This document shows, in pieces, positions 16,191-28,718 of a stretch of DNA of 64,000 nucleotides (positions are counted from its first letter, which is position 1; each line of letters opens with the position of its first letter). The notes beneath the pieces are model-generated. The model was not told where the DNA came from. It worked only from the letters and a program-made list of their open reading frames with translations, and ran no database searches. The stretch comes from the human T2T-CHM13v2.0 reference genome, Homo sapiens, in the NCBI RefSeq assembly GCF_009914755.1, contig NC_060947.1; one strand, given 5' to 3'. Made by a program: the position numbers and the translations under genes.

Positions 16191-17068
16191 TCTGCCATCT
16201 CGCTGGCTATTTTCCTATGCTTACAATGATGTTCAATTTGTCCCTATTCTGAATGCAAAAATATTTTTTTAAAAAAAACTTTCTTAAAATGCTCTTCTTA
16301 CTTGACCTTCATGGCAAAATTGTCCTCTCTGGATTCTCCTGATTCCTCTTTTGACCATTCCTTCTGTTTTTGTTTTACCCCTTTTTTGGCACCTTAAAGG
16401 CTGGTGTTCCCTTAAATTCTGCCTTTAGTTAGCTACACAGTCTCTCTGGTGATTTCATCCACTATCATACCTTCAACTATCATCTACATGTGGATGTTCA
16501 CAGCTCAAATTTCTCCCATGAGTTCTACATCTTTATATACAAGTGTCCTCTGGACATACCCATCTGGTTGTCCTACTTGGGAACACGATGGATGATCTTT
16601 CACAAGCTGCCATCAACTTTTATTTACATAATTATCACCTTCAATTTGTCACTCAGTCCACCTTTTAGAATGTACGCACTTTACATTTCTCTCGTATTTA
16701 ATTATCAACATTTGCTAAATATGCCCAGCCTTGTTCTTCACACCGTACCTTTTGGATGCTGTTCTCCTTGCCTGAGACATCCTTTTTACAAACTCCTACT
16801 CATGTTTTCAAGACCCAGCGTAAATGCTAGTTCCTCAATTATGTCTTATTTATTTTTGTCATATGTGATTATTCCAGTTTCTGTATTCCCAAAATACTTT
16901 GTTTTTATTTCTTACCAAATTATATTTTAATTTATCCAATTAAATTTTGGTATTCTTTGACAGAATATGAGCTTCTAAAGAGTAGGGTACATGTTTGTAT
17001 CATTCTTATTGGCCCAGTATCTAGGATTTTACATATATAATTTGGCTCAATGAATGTCTATTGAACTA
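16190..17068 (+). mobile_element. L2 LINE fragment inserted in CR1
   Basis: Pyrimidine-rich L2 text ending ggctcaatgaatgtctattgaa. Confidence 0.7.
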
Positions 17069-17070
17069 AC

Positions 17071-17372
17071 GATATATTTGTGGACAAGATAGAGAAATGA
17101 GAGCTGGATAATATTATTCATTAAATAATTGGTTCTCAACCAATTGGATACTCAGAATCACCTATGGGATTTAAGAGACATACTTCAGTCCCATTATCCA
17201 AAGATTATTATTCAGTAAATTTAGCAAAGGGTCTCCAGGTATATGTATGTTTTAAAATGCCATATGTCATTTTGATGCACCACCAGTGTTAAGCACCTCT
17301 AAGATAGAGTCATGAATGTACGTGCTCTTTGATAATTGATGTCAACTGGGAGGAAATATCTTTTGGGATGTG
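17071..17372 (+). mobile_element. CR1/L3 RT continuation, interrupted by a MER5-type hAT MITE (~17128-17300)
   Basis: DIFVDKIEK*ELD before and atgtcaactgggaggaaatatcttttgggatg (S.W.EV.SG) after; MER5 ends ggttctcaacc...gttaagcacctct. Confidence 0.65.
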
Positions 17373-17919
17373 AAAACATGCATGTGTCCTGAAAAGGATG
17401 TATGCTGAACTGCTAACAGTGGTCTCCTGTGTGATATGGTTCTAGAAGTGAGGAAAAGAGAATGTTTTCAATTCATATACAATAAAAAAGAATAAAGGAT
17501 GAATTATAGGTGATTGTTAATTTCGTGTATGTGTTTCACATGTCATAGTTTCTTATATATTTCAAAATGTTTATACCATATAACCCAGCAATTTAGTTCC
17601 TCAGAACTGATCTTCAAAGGAAGAAAAAGCTGTATCACAAAGTTACCCATAATAGTGATATTTATAAAAGCAAAATTCTATAAACAACCTAAAAGCTTCA
17701 TAATAACGTAATAGGGAGATGAATTAGGGCACATCAACATAATGGAGTATTTTTTATAAATTTAAAATACCTATTAAGACCACAATGTAGCATCATAAAA
17801 ATTATTCACAAAACAATGTTTACTAAAAATATAAAAAATAAATTTCACATATATATCCTAATTAAGACTATATAGAACACAAACATGTGGATGAAACTTA
17901 GAAGGGATAAAGTATAATA

Positions 17920-18140
17920 TACTATATAAGAGTATGGGTTCTTGATTCACATTATTTAGGTTCAAAACCAAGCTTTGCCAGTTGTGTATCTTAGACAAGT
18001 CACTTAACTTCTTTGTGACTCAGCTTCCTAATCTATAAAACGAGGATTATACTAACCGAGTGCAATTGTTTAAGGATTTAACGAGAATATACATACAAAA
18101 GGACTTAGAGTAATGTCTGGCACATAACGATACTACTCAT
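17920..18140 (+). mobile_element. MIR SINE
   Basis: ggttcaaaacca...gacaagtcacttaacttctttgtgactcagcttcctaatctataaaa...gtctggcacata. Confidence 0.75.
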
Positions 18141-18415
18141 ACTGTGTCTATTGTTGGCTATGCATTTTCTATGGGTTTTATATATATTAACATGTTTATG
18201 CCTTAAAATAACTCTATGAGGTATTTAATGTGTTGAGTCAGTCCTGTTTAATCACTGTCTTCAACCCTCTGTTGTAACATTCCAGGGAACACTCCACAAT
18301 TATTTTACTCATTCTGAATTATTTTGCTTTGAACTCCCACATTTAAATCTACCATTCTATTGGAGTCTATCTAGTAGGAACCATGGGATCACTTTATTAT
18401 TTTAAAAAGTCATTC

Positions 18416-18900
18416 TGTCACAGAGACACATGCACACATATGTTCATTGCAGCCCTATTCACAATAGCAAAGACAAGAAATCAACCTAAATGCCCATCAA
18501 TGGTAGACTGAATAAGGAAAATGTATGTATATACCATGGAATACTATGCAGCCATGAAAACAATGCAGTCATGTCTCTTATAGAAACATAGATGGAGCTG
18601 AAGGCCATTAACTAATGCAGGAACAGAAAACCAAATACCATATTTTCTCATTTACAAATGAGAGCTAAATGATGAGAACACATAAACACACAGAGGGAAA
18701 GAACAGACACTGGGGCCTACCACAGGGTGGAGGGGGCGGTGGGAGGAGGGAGAGGATCAGGAAAAATAACTAATTGGTACTAGGCTTAATACCTGGGTGA
18801 TGAAATAATCTGTATGGCAAACCCCCATGACACAAGTTTACCTATATAACACATGTGCACATGTACCCCTGAACTTAAAATAAAACTTAAATTAAAAAAC
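18416..18900 (+). mobile_element. L1PA15/16-type 3' end
   Basis: gacacatgcacacatatgttcattgcagc...gaggatcaggaaaaataacta...cctgaacttaaaataaaa. Confidence 0.85.
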
Positions 18901-19299
18901 TACATTCCCCAAAGTGCTTCATCACCTATCAACACTACCAATTAAGAAAGAAAAAGAAGTCATCACAAAATCCTCTGCCAGGCAATACTACTTGAGTCAT
19001 GGTCTTCACATCTATGTACCAGGGTTTAATTTCTTCCTTTTTCCCTCCAACTTGAAAACCTGAGGCAACTGACTTTTACTTTTTTCGGTTTTTTTCTTTT
19101 TAAGCTAAGCAGCAATTTGTCTAAATATCTGCTGCTTGCATTCTGACCATCCAGTTCCTGGAGGGAACCTGCATTATTCTATACAACTACCATCTTGTCT
19201 CTACCCTTCCATACCTGACCCCCATCTTTCTCCCCACAAATCTAATCGCTTTTGGAGGCAAGTACAGTGACATTATGTGGGTTAGTAAGAATCCATTGT

Positions 19300-19612
19300 T
19301 CTTCCTTTACACCTCAACTCAGGTGTTTTTTTCTCAGGAAGGTTTTCCCCTCTCTCCCTGACAGGTCAGTTCTCATGTTCTCATGACACTTACACCTCTC
19401 CTTTATAGCATTTTTATTCTTGTGATTATACATGCACTTGTATGATTCTCTAATGTCTTCTTCTCCTATTAGACTGAAAGCTCCATAAGAGAAGGTCTAA
19501 TGTGTGTTTTTGTTTGCCATTGAATACCAGCACAGAACATAGAGCCTAGAACGTAGCACATGTTTAAAAAAATATTTTTTGAATAAATGGTGAATAAATC
19601 AGTGAATGAATG
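19300..19612 (+). mobile_element. L2 3' end
   Basis: tagactgaaagctccat...ends tgaataaat...tgaatgaatga. Confidence 0.7.
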
Positions 19613-20109
19613 ACCCTTTACTTCTGATATATAGATTCAGAGAAACAGAGTCCATACTCTCACATCTGTAGAATGCCAGGGGATCCCAGGAGCAGGCTTG
19701 CATCAAAATTTTCCAAGACTGGATTCAAACTCAAGCCATGAGGTGACCATACTGCTTAAGCCATCATAGGGATGCAGTGGGCACAGTGCCATACACATAG
19801 TTTGGAGTTTAATAAATTATTGTTCATTCACTGACTTAGCAGACAATGAAGAGTGATTTCACTATTGTGCTAAATGAGATAAATTAAGAAAATATGTAGA
19901 AGAAATCTTCTTTTCTAAAGGAGTATTAAAAACGGAAATGGAAAAAAATGGCCCATATCCACACTAGAAATTGAGGAGGACCAAAGCAAGTACTATTGGC
20001 AGAAACTGCCCTTTTCTCTGTATAATTAGATTTCAAAAGTTTGAGGTTCATCAAAGAGTAAAAGTCCTTTGGGGAATTGAGATTTTGAGATGTGATTCCT
20101 TTGTACCCA

Positions 20110-20620
20110 TATATTAATCTTAGGGTACTGTGTCCAGAGTTAGAATACACAATTTTTTAATGGCATAAAAAGCTTGAATAGTATCTGGAAAAGAGTGACA
20201 AATGTGACTAAAATATATTCAAATAAGGTCTAGGGAAAATTTGAAACTTCAGCCCAGAGAAGAGTAGGCTAAGAATGGTGGTTTCATAACTGTTTTCAGG
20301 GTTTTTGCTCTCTTTTTTCTTGTTTATCACAGAAAAGTAACAATTTTCCATATCTACTAAGGGTGGATCAAAAGAAGCTGCTCTTAACAGCAACTTAACA
20401 AGCTTGTTTAACATAAAGAAGAATGCCCCAAAAGTAAGAATTGCTAGTTACATAAATCAGTGACTGATGGGTGTCAGGAATCTCTTTTAAGAAGATCTTT
20501 AAGAAAACAGATCAATTCCTCCTAATTTTAAAGGCTTTCTGGTGCTACTTAAAGTCAGGGACAGGACTGGTGTGGCTGCTATAAGGACTATATGACCTTT
20601 TAAGTCCTTTCCAGCCCTGG
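20110..20620 (+). mobile_element. CR1/L3-type ORF2 C-terminus and 3' end
   Basis: GYCVQS*NTQF..IKSL..IWKRVT resembles EYCVQFW.P.F..DIDKLE.VQRRAT; ends gaccttttaagtcctttccagccct like CR1 3' termini. Confidence 0.6.
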
Positions 20621-21746
20621 ATAGGTATAAATGATGAAAAATGAACTAAAGTATATAGTGCATTAAAAGCTTTAACAAACATGGCCCTCCAGACAAAATC
20701 ATCGTGCTGATTATATGAAATGCCTAGATATTGCTTCCCAGCAGAAATCAGTAGAAGCAAATATTTATTGCATCCTGATAGGGGATAAAAGTCACACTTA
20801 ACTATAAATTGCTATGAAATGTAGAGGTATTGTACCCAAGCATTAAATAAATTGTATTGAACATAAGCTCAACAGGTCAAGCCTAAGAAATGTGAGCTGT
20901 TTCCACAATTCAGTCATGGGGAAAACATGAAAGATAATACGTGGTATTATTTCTGCCAAACACGTAACATGCATCAAGGTGAGATAATTGGATTAACACA
21001 CCTCAGAAGAGGTGTGTTAAATGGTCATAGGGCTGCTGTAGAACAATGAGGTTCAACAGAAACTCAATGGCTGCTTGTACAAACCATCATCAAAGAAAAG
21101 AAAAAAAGAAAACAAAATTCCAGATGCTTTCCCTCATACAGCATTTATAGTTTTTCATTCCACCCTTGATTGACATGCACAACTTGTGTCAGTATACACT
21201 GAGGTTTTTCCCATGTGGACTTAGACAGCATATAGTCCTTAATATTCATATTTTAATATAGTTGAAATGTCACATTATATTAACTACATTATATAAAAAC
21301 TTGCAAACGTTCTGAGTTAAATTACAAAAGCAAATTTATTATTATAGCACAGAAATGATAGAGGTGTGTATATATATGTATTTATATATACTCACAAAAA
21401 CAAAACAGATGCCTTAACTTTTTTCATAGTTTTACACACTGCAAGGTAACAATATGTGTAATCAGAGAAAATGATTGAATGAATCAATCTTAAGGTATTC
21501 ATGAAAGGTTGGCAAACTAAAAGCATCAGCTCCAGGGCACCCATACAGCTAATCAGCTTTAATTTTAGGGTATTTTCCCACTCACACTTTTATTTGAAGA
21601 CTCACATAAAAAATCTTTGTAATCCTGTGTTTGGAAACTTTCCATTTGCTTATCTTTGGTTATTTGACACCTCATCTTGATGAAGCCAAAGAAATCAGAC
21701 AGACTGGTGAGTGAAAAATGAAAAAAAGTTTTTAAAAGTTCTAAGT

Positions 21747-22160
21747 CTTTTTCTTTTTTACCTTTTATTTTAAGTTCAGGGGTACACATGCAGGTTTGCT
21801 ACATAGGTAAACATGTGTCATGTGGGTTTGTTATGCCGATTATTTCTTCACCCAGGTATTAAGCCTAGTACACGTTAGTTATTTTTCCTGATCCTCTCCC
21901 TTCTCTGACCCTCTACCCTCTGGTAGGGACAGTGTGTGTTGTCTCTGTCTATGTGTCCATGTGTTCTCATCATTTAGCTCCCACTTATAAGTGAGCACAT
22001 GCAGTATTTGTTTTTCTGTCTCTGAATTACTTTGCTTAGGATAACGGCCTCCAGCTCCATCCATGTCCCTGCAAAGGACATAATCTATTTCTTTTTTATG
22101 GCTGCACAGTATTCTATGGTGTATATGTACCAAATTTTCTTAATTCAGTCTGTCATTGAT
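21747..22160 (-). mobile_element. L1PA15/16-type 3' end
   Basis: ttttattttaagttcaggggtacacatgcagg...ttatttttcctgatcctctccc... Confidence 0.85.
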
Positions 22161-23164
22161 AGTATTATTTTAAACTCTGTTAGTATGCATTTATACTAAC
22201 TCCCTTCAAAAGACAGTATTCCTCAGAAACATGTAAGTGTATCTTATTGGCTCATGACTGTTAGATAACTAATTTCAAAAGAGAATTTTCAATGATGATG
22301 GTCTGTAATCATAATTATATGGGAAGTTTAGAGGTAAAGAGTAAATTTTATGGATTTTAGATTTGCTTTTTATCTGGCAAAAACAACCACTCCCATCTAC
22401 CCCTGACTTCTTAATCGGGTGATTTACCATTTAATAAGAATTTCCACAACTTCATTAAAAATTTATATTTGATGTCTCAACAACCTGGATCCCTCCAGAA
22501 GCTCACTCTGTAGCCAGTTAAGCCCAAGCCAAAGAGCCACTGAACCGTGGGAATGAACCACTGACCATCCCTCACCAGAATAACGCTAAGGCAGGCCTGT
22601 GGTGACCTAAAACTCTGGGGCCTTCCCCATGGATAAAAAGCAGCACTGTGAAGCTTTTTCCTTGGTGTATATAGTCTTCTGAAGACCCGAAAGCATTAGT
22701 ATTGTTTCCAACATCATTTATCCTCTACACATTGAGTAATTAATACACTAACAGAAACCACTAAAAATATAAAAGCAAGCAATGTAAACCTATACAACTG
22801 TCTCATCTATAGTTTTGGAGAGATTATTTTAAACAAAGAGAGACACAAAAGTTAGCTTAATTTAAATACTGTTGTTTTCAGTCTCTGCTATCCTTTGTTG
22901 GCAGCAGAGAAACCCACATCAAAACCAAGATTTCTTCCTCCTTATAAAAGAGACATATATACACGATTCTTGCAAAGAAAAATTTCTCTTATCATATATC
23001 ATATTTTGGAAATGGAGCTCAGTATATCAAAGACAAATTGCTCTAGTGAGCTAGTCTTATAGTTCAAAATATATGAAAGAGAGGGAAAAAGAGGGGAGGA
23101 TGTCAGGTTACTAAATTTATAAATGTATAACTCAATGAGATTTTCCCAATTCTCACTAGATGTT

Positions 23165-25150
23165 CTAAGTTAGTATTGAATAGACCTGGTGGCTCTCATT
23201 GCCTTTGCACAGATTGTGTTCCAGCTGTCTTCCGATATTTGAACACTCAGGTCTTGGTCCCACGCTGTGCAAACAGTCAGCCTCCCATGTATTCTGTATA
23301 CCAGGAGTAATTTATTAATCCATCTATAAAGGCAATCACAGTGCATGCAAGAAAGGGTTATATAAAGCTCTAAAATTGAAAGAATTAGCTCCAGTAAACT
23401 TGGTACCAGTTCCAAACATCACTATTATGTTTGAGCTGATTTATAAATCCTGTGGATCTTTGTCTGGTAATCCATCACTTTTGTGAAGTTGGAAGAGGGA
23501 ACAAAAGTCTGGATGACACAGTTTCTGCATAAATCTCAAGCTGTTGCAATTTCTTTACCTTGTTGCTTCGTATTCACTAAATAACCTTGCAATTTGGGAT
23601 CTAAGACAAGTGGGAAGGAAAGATGGGCACTGTGAAATTCAGCCAGTGCCAACCAGGTGAGCATAAGATGAAACCTTCAAAATGCTTTTGTAATTTGTTA
23701 TCAATTGTACATCTGACGGAATTTCTTCAAGAGTGGCCCTGAGGGCCCATTAAAATAAAAATGGTTGCAATTTTAAGAAGAAACATAAAAGACTACACAC
23801 TGGGCACAGTGTACACTGCTCAGGTGATGGGTGCACCAAAATATCAGAAAGCATCACTAAAGAACTTATTCTTCTAACCAAACACCACCTGCTCCTGAAA
23901 AACTTATTGAAATAAAAAAATAAATCAAAAGAAATTTTTTAAAGCGAAGAAACAAACCAAAAAGCAAAATCCCAACTAGTTGCATTAGAATTCTCTTTTT
24001 GAATATTAAAAAAGAAGAAACAGCCATGTAATGGCTCAGAATGTTCTTTGGAGATTGTGGCCAGGCTTTGTTTATCTGGGCCTTTTCTCACCTGGCTCCA
24101 TCTTCATACACCTGCCACCAATGACACATCAGCTCATTCCTCCCATCCATGATTCTTCTTTGACAAGGAAAGATTTCAACTTAAGTTCCTGCAGCTCTGT
24201 TTTTTTAGCCTCTCTTTGCATCTTTTTCTCACGTCTTCTCTCCCAGTTCCACTTGAAGCTCTTTCTACTATCACCACCAATTAGTCTCTCATTGTAGTAC
24301 TTCCTTCTTCCACTCATATTCTGAATACACAATGCACCCCACTAGTACTTAATTAAGCAAAGTGCCTGTGTTTGCTCTGATTATACAATTTACAAGACCA
24401 ATAATCTGTGAACTATTTCTACATACCATGATTGTCAATTATGATTATGATTTATGATTATGATTCCACCTACTCATGATTGGTGAAAATTGTCATCAAT
24501 TCAGACATGCTATCTCCAACTGCAGTACCTTGACTGGGAATTTGGCCTGAACAACCAAGGCCTCCATGAATGAGAAAAGAAGGCATAATGTTCTTTGCTA
24601 CTCAATTATCTTTTTCACAACAGAAAAAATATAACTCTTTATGGAAATAGTGTAACACAAAAAATATAAACTGTTTTGAAAAGTATTCCTTATAACATCA
24701 TAGACAATTCAGAGTAAGTTACTGAACTTACCAATTCATATTCTCAGTTACTGCATAATTGTCGAGAAATATCACACTGAATGTGTGAAATTGGAGTTAG
24801 CTCTACTCTGGGTTTAATCATGGTTCTGGTACTAGTCAATGAAGCATCGAAAGTTGAGGTACACTGCTCTCGTCTTTGATAACATTTGGATAAAACATTG
24901 TTGCAGCACACATTACTTTACTTCCCACTACGTTTGCTTGTTTGTGTGTTTGCTTGTTTGATGTTATTAGACTATTTTTGTACTTAAGTGTATTCTTTCT
25001 GGCAAAAGTAATCCAAATTGTTATCCTTAAATTTGGCTGTTTCCCAAATCTGAAAGCTGTTAAGCATGTTTGTTCTTGTCAATCATGCTACAACATGTAA
25101 ACTGTTGATTATTTTCTTAATTCCAATGCCCAGAGAAGAAATTTAGCACT
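23165..25150 (-). pseudogene. Highly degenerate ORF2 relic of an ancient non-mammalian-type L1/Tx1 LINE
   Basis: Colinear hand-translated motifs: SLHV.SMI (YADD-like, 25081-25103), LTL..VIRNTF..LYFL, FFCCEKDN*VAKNIMPSFLIHGGLG, W...PLVLDP, KEI...DL, FQL...GLP, QLKH, WDQDL.VQISEDSWNTIC..TRSIQY. Confidence 0.6.
23787..23935 (+). mobile_element. L1PB-type 3' end fragment
   Basis: aaaagactacacactgggcacagtgtacactgctcaggtgatgggtgcaccaaaat...aaacaccacctg...gaaataaaaaa. Confidence 0.8.
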
Positions 25151-26313
25151 CTCTATTCTCACTTATGCTTTTACTCCCTAATCCAAATGCTCTCTCAGTA
25201 CTTTTCTTCCAGTGTCATCTCAATCCCAAGTTTTCCTAATGTCACTGCTTCCACTGCCAAATAAAGCAAAGAGATCTATTTCAGAGATTTTCAACATAAT
25301 GTTCCAATAATTTTGTCTCTCCCTCTTAAATCACTACAGATCTAACTATGTCTCATTCTCCTCCAGACCTAGTAACTAGATGACAACATACACCTTGAGA
25401 TCATTCCAAAGATGTCAATCATTTCAAATTTGGTAAATATGGAATCACTTGCTTAAAAGTCTGATGCAGCAGACGAAGAAATTTTGCTTGATTGGCTTCC
25501 CATTGTAGCTTAATTAACCAATCGTATTTTTCTTTTTCTAGGGACCGATACCATTCACTCTTCCCCTTTCTCCTCCATTCAGTCTGGAAAGAAATGGAAG
25601 TGGCATCAGCTTTCTCCTATACCCCACCTGCATACGTACCTTCTAAATTTTTATTCCTTTTCTCCACATTTCCTCTCTTCACCAACTGGCCCCAACTTTA
25701 GCTACCTCTGTCTCCTATTTGATTACAAATTTATCACAATGCCAAAATTATTCATGTGGGGGCACTATTCTCATCTTCCCCCTGCTTCCCTTCCTCTTTG
25801 TCTCCAACAGATCCTATCCTTGAATTTGAACCTACAAATAGTCATCTAGTTATACAGAGCCTCATTCTACTTAAGACTCTTCTCACACCACATGCTACAA
25901 GTACTTGGAAATACACACCACCTTCTCAACAATTCTGACATCCATTATTTAGGAATTTCACCATTCTCTCTAGGAACTGGCCTGAGGACACTTGTAATAT
26001 GAGACTAATAAATCTCATAGACAAACAGAACAAGTAAGGTGTGACTAAAAGTGACAATTTGAACATGTGCACAGTTTACGTCCTGTGGTCTATTCATTTT
26101 GGAAAAGCTTACTACGGTTCAGTTTTTAAACAAACTTTTATATATGGAATAATTTTAAATTTAGAGAAAAATTACAAAGCCATTACAGAAAGTTCCAATT
26201 ACTCCTCACCTAGTCTCCCCTACTATTAGCATCTACATAACCAGGATGCATTTGTCACAACTAAGGAAACAACTTTGGTACATTACTACTAACCGAATTC
26301 AAGACTTTATTCA

Positions 26314-26614
26314 GGCCAGGTGCAATGGCTCATACCTGTAATCCTAACACTTTGAGAGGCCAAGGCAGGAGGATCATTTGAGGCCAGGAGTTTGAGATCA
26401 GCTTGGGAAACATAATCAAACCCTCATCTCTAAAAAAAAAAAATTTTAATTAAGTTGGGCCTGGTGGCACGTGATGGTAGTCCAGACTACTTGAGAGGTT
26501 GAGGCCAGAGGATTTCTTGAGCCCAGGAGCTCAATGCTGCAGTGAGCTGGGATAATGCCACTGCATTTCATTCTGGGAAACAGAGTATAACTCTGTCTCA
26601 AGGAAAAAAAAAAA
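26314..26614 (+). mobile_element. AluJ
   Basis: Two-arm Alu with ggaggatcatttgaggccaggag; TSD actttattca at 26304-26313 and 26617-26626. Confidence 0.9.
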
Positions 26615-26965
26615 CCACTTTATTCAATTTTGATTAGTTTTTCATTATTGTCTTTTATCTGTTTGAAGATCCCATATTTTACTTAGTAATCGTGTATGTC
26701 TCTTTAGCTTTCATTGACCTATGACAGTTTATCAGTCTGCTTGTTTTGCTTGATGAACCCCCCCGGTTTTTAGGAGAACTGTCTGGTATGGGTTTTGGGG
26801 AGAAAGAATACAGAGCTATAGTGCCATTTTCATCCCATCATATAAGAGGTACATGTCTTATCATTGATGCTGTTAGCCTTAATCACCTGATGTGTGTCAG
26901 CTTTCTCTTCTATGAAGTCACTTTTCCCTGCCTCTTTTCATACACAAGTATTCTTTGCTAATGAC

Positions 26966-28718
26966 TGTATTAGTCCATTCTGACATTGCTATAAACATCT
27001 GCCTGAGATTGGGTAATTTATAAAGAAAAGAGATTTAATTGGCTTATTGTTCCAGAACCTGTACAAAAAGCATGGCCGGGGAAGCCTCAGGAAACTTACA
27101 ATTATGGCAGAAGGCAAAGGAGAAGCAGGCACGTCCTACAAAGCTGGAGCAGAAGGAAAAGAGACTAAAAGGGGAAGTGCTATACACTTTTAAACAACCA
27201 GATCTCATAATAACTCACTCACTATCATGAAAAGAGCAAGTAAGAAATCCACCCCCATGTTCCAATCATCCCCAACCAGGTCTCTCCCCAAACACCGACA
27301 ATTACAATTTGACATGAGATTTGGTTGGGGGGGACATAGAGCCAAACCATGTCATTCCACCCAAGCTCTTCCTAAATCTCATGTCCTTCTCACATTTCAA
27401 AACACAATCATGCCTTCCCAACGGTACCCCAAAGTCTTAACTCATTCCAGCATTAACTCAAAAGTCCAAGTCCAAAGTCTCATTGAAGACAAAGCAAGCC
27501 CCTTCTGCCTATGAGCCTATAAAATCAAAAAACAAGTTAGTTTCTTCCAAGACACAATAAGGGGTACAGGCATTGGGTAAATGCTGCCATTCCAAAAGGG
27601 AGAATTCAGCCAAAACAACAGGGATACAGCAGGGCAGGCAGACATTAAATCATAAAGCTCCAAAATAATCTCCTTTGACTCCATGTCTCACATTCAGGCC
27701 ACATTGATGCAGTGAGTGGGCTTGCAAGGCCTTGGGCAGCTCTGTCTCTGTGGCTCCGCAGGACTCAGCTGCCCTGGTTGCTCTCAAGGGCTGGTGCTGA
27801 GTGCCTGCAGCTTTTCCAGGTGCATGGTGCAAGCTGTTGATGGACCTACCTCTGGGGTCTGGAGGATGGTGGCCTTTTTCTCACAGCTCCAATAGGCAGT
27901 GCCCCAGTTGGGCTCTTGGTCTGGCCCACAAAACCACTTTTCCACCCTAGGTTTCCAGACCTGTGATGGGACGGGCTGCCAAAAAGGTCTCTGAAATGCC
28001 TTGGAAGCACTTTCCCCATTGTCTTAACTATTAACATTGGGCTCCTCTTTACTTATGAAAATTTCTGCAGCAGGCTTGAATTCCTCCACAGAAAATGGTT
28101 TTCTCTTTTCTACCTCATAGTCAGGCTGCAAATTTTTTAAACTTTTATGCCCTGCTTCCCTTTTAAATATAAGTTCCAGTTTCAGGTCATTTCTTTTTTT
28201 TTTTTTTTTTTTTTTTCCTGATATGCATTTTATTTTATTTTATTTATTTATTTTTATATATACACCAGGTCATTTCTTAGTTTGTGCAAATGAGCATAGG
28301 CTTTTAGAAGTAACCAGGCCACATCTTGAACACTTTGTTGCTTAGAAATTTCTTCCATGAGATACACTAAATCATCTCTCTCAAGTTCAAAGCTCAACAG
28401 ATCCCAAGAACAGGGGCACAATGCTGCCAGTCTCTTTGCTAAAGCATAGCAAGAGTGACTTTTACTCTAGTTCTCAATAAGTTCCTCATGTCTATCTGAG
28501 ACCACCTTAGCCTAGACTTCACTGTTCACATCACTCTCAGCATTTTGGCCACAACCATTCAACAAGTATCCAGCAAATTCCAAACTTTGCTTCATCTTTT
28601 TTGTCTTCTTCTGAGCCTTCCAAATTTTTCCAGCCTCTGCCTGTTACCCAGTTCCAAAGTCACTTCCACATTTTCAGGTATCTTTATAGCAATGCTCCAC
28701 TTTTCTGGTACCAATTTT
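26966..28718 (-). mobile_element. MSTA-like MaLR: 3'LTR (26966-27354) plus internal region, 5'LTR absent
   Basis: tgtattagtcc...ccaaaccatgtca LTR; internal region is the reverse complement of 34053-35570 with deletions. Confidence 0.9.
28183..28278 (-). mobile_element. 70-bp poly(A)-tailed TPRT insertion with 13-bp TSD
   Basis: caggtcatttctt at 28183-28195 and 28266-28278; single copy at the homologous site of the other MSTA (34438-34450). Confidence 0.85.

Noticed and set aside
16490-16930. 146-aa hydrophobic ORF suggesting a membrane protein
   Set aside because: Lies in T/C-rich L2 sequence; composition explains the hydrophobicity.
24031-24332. Opposite-strand ORFs between the ancient L1 motifs
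   Set aside because: No recognisable domain, and I could not place them in the L1/Tx1 frame; possibly a separate old insertion.
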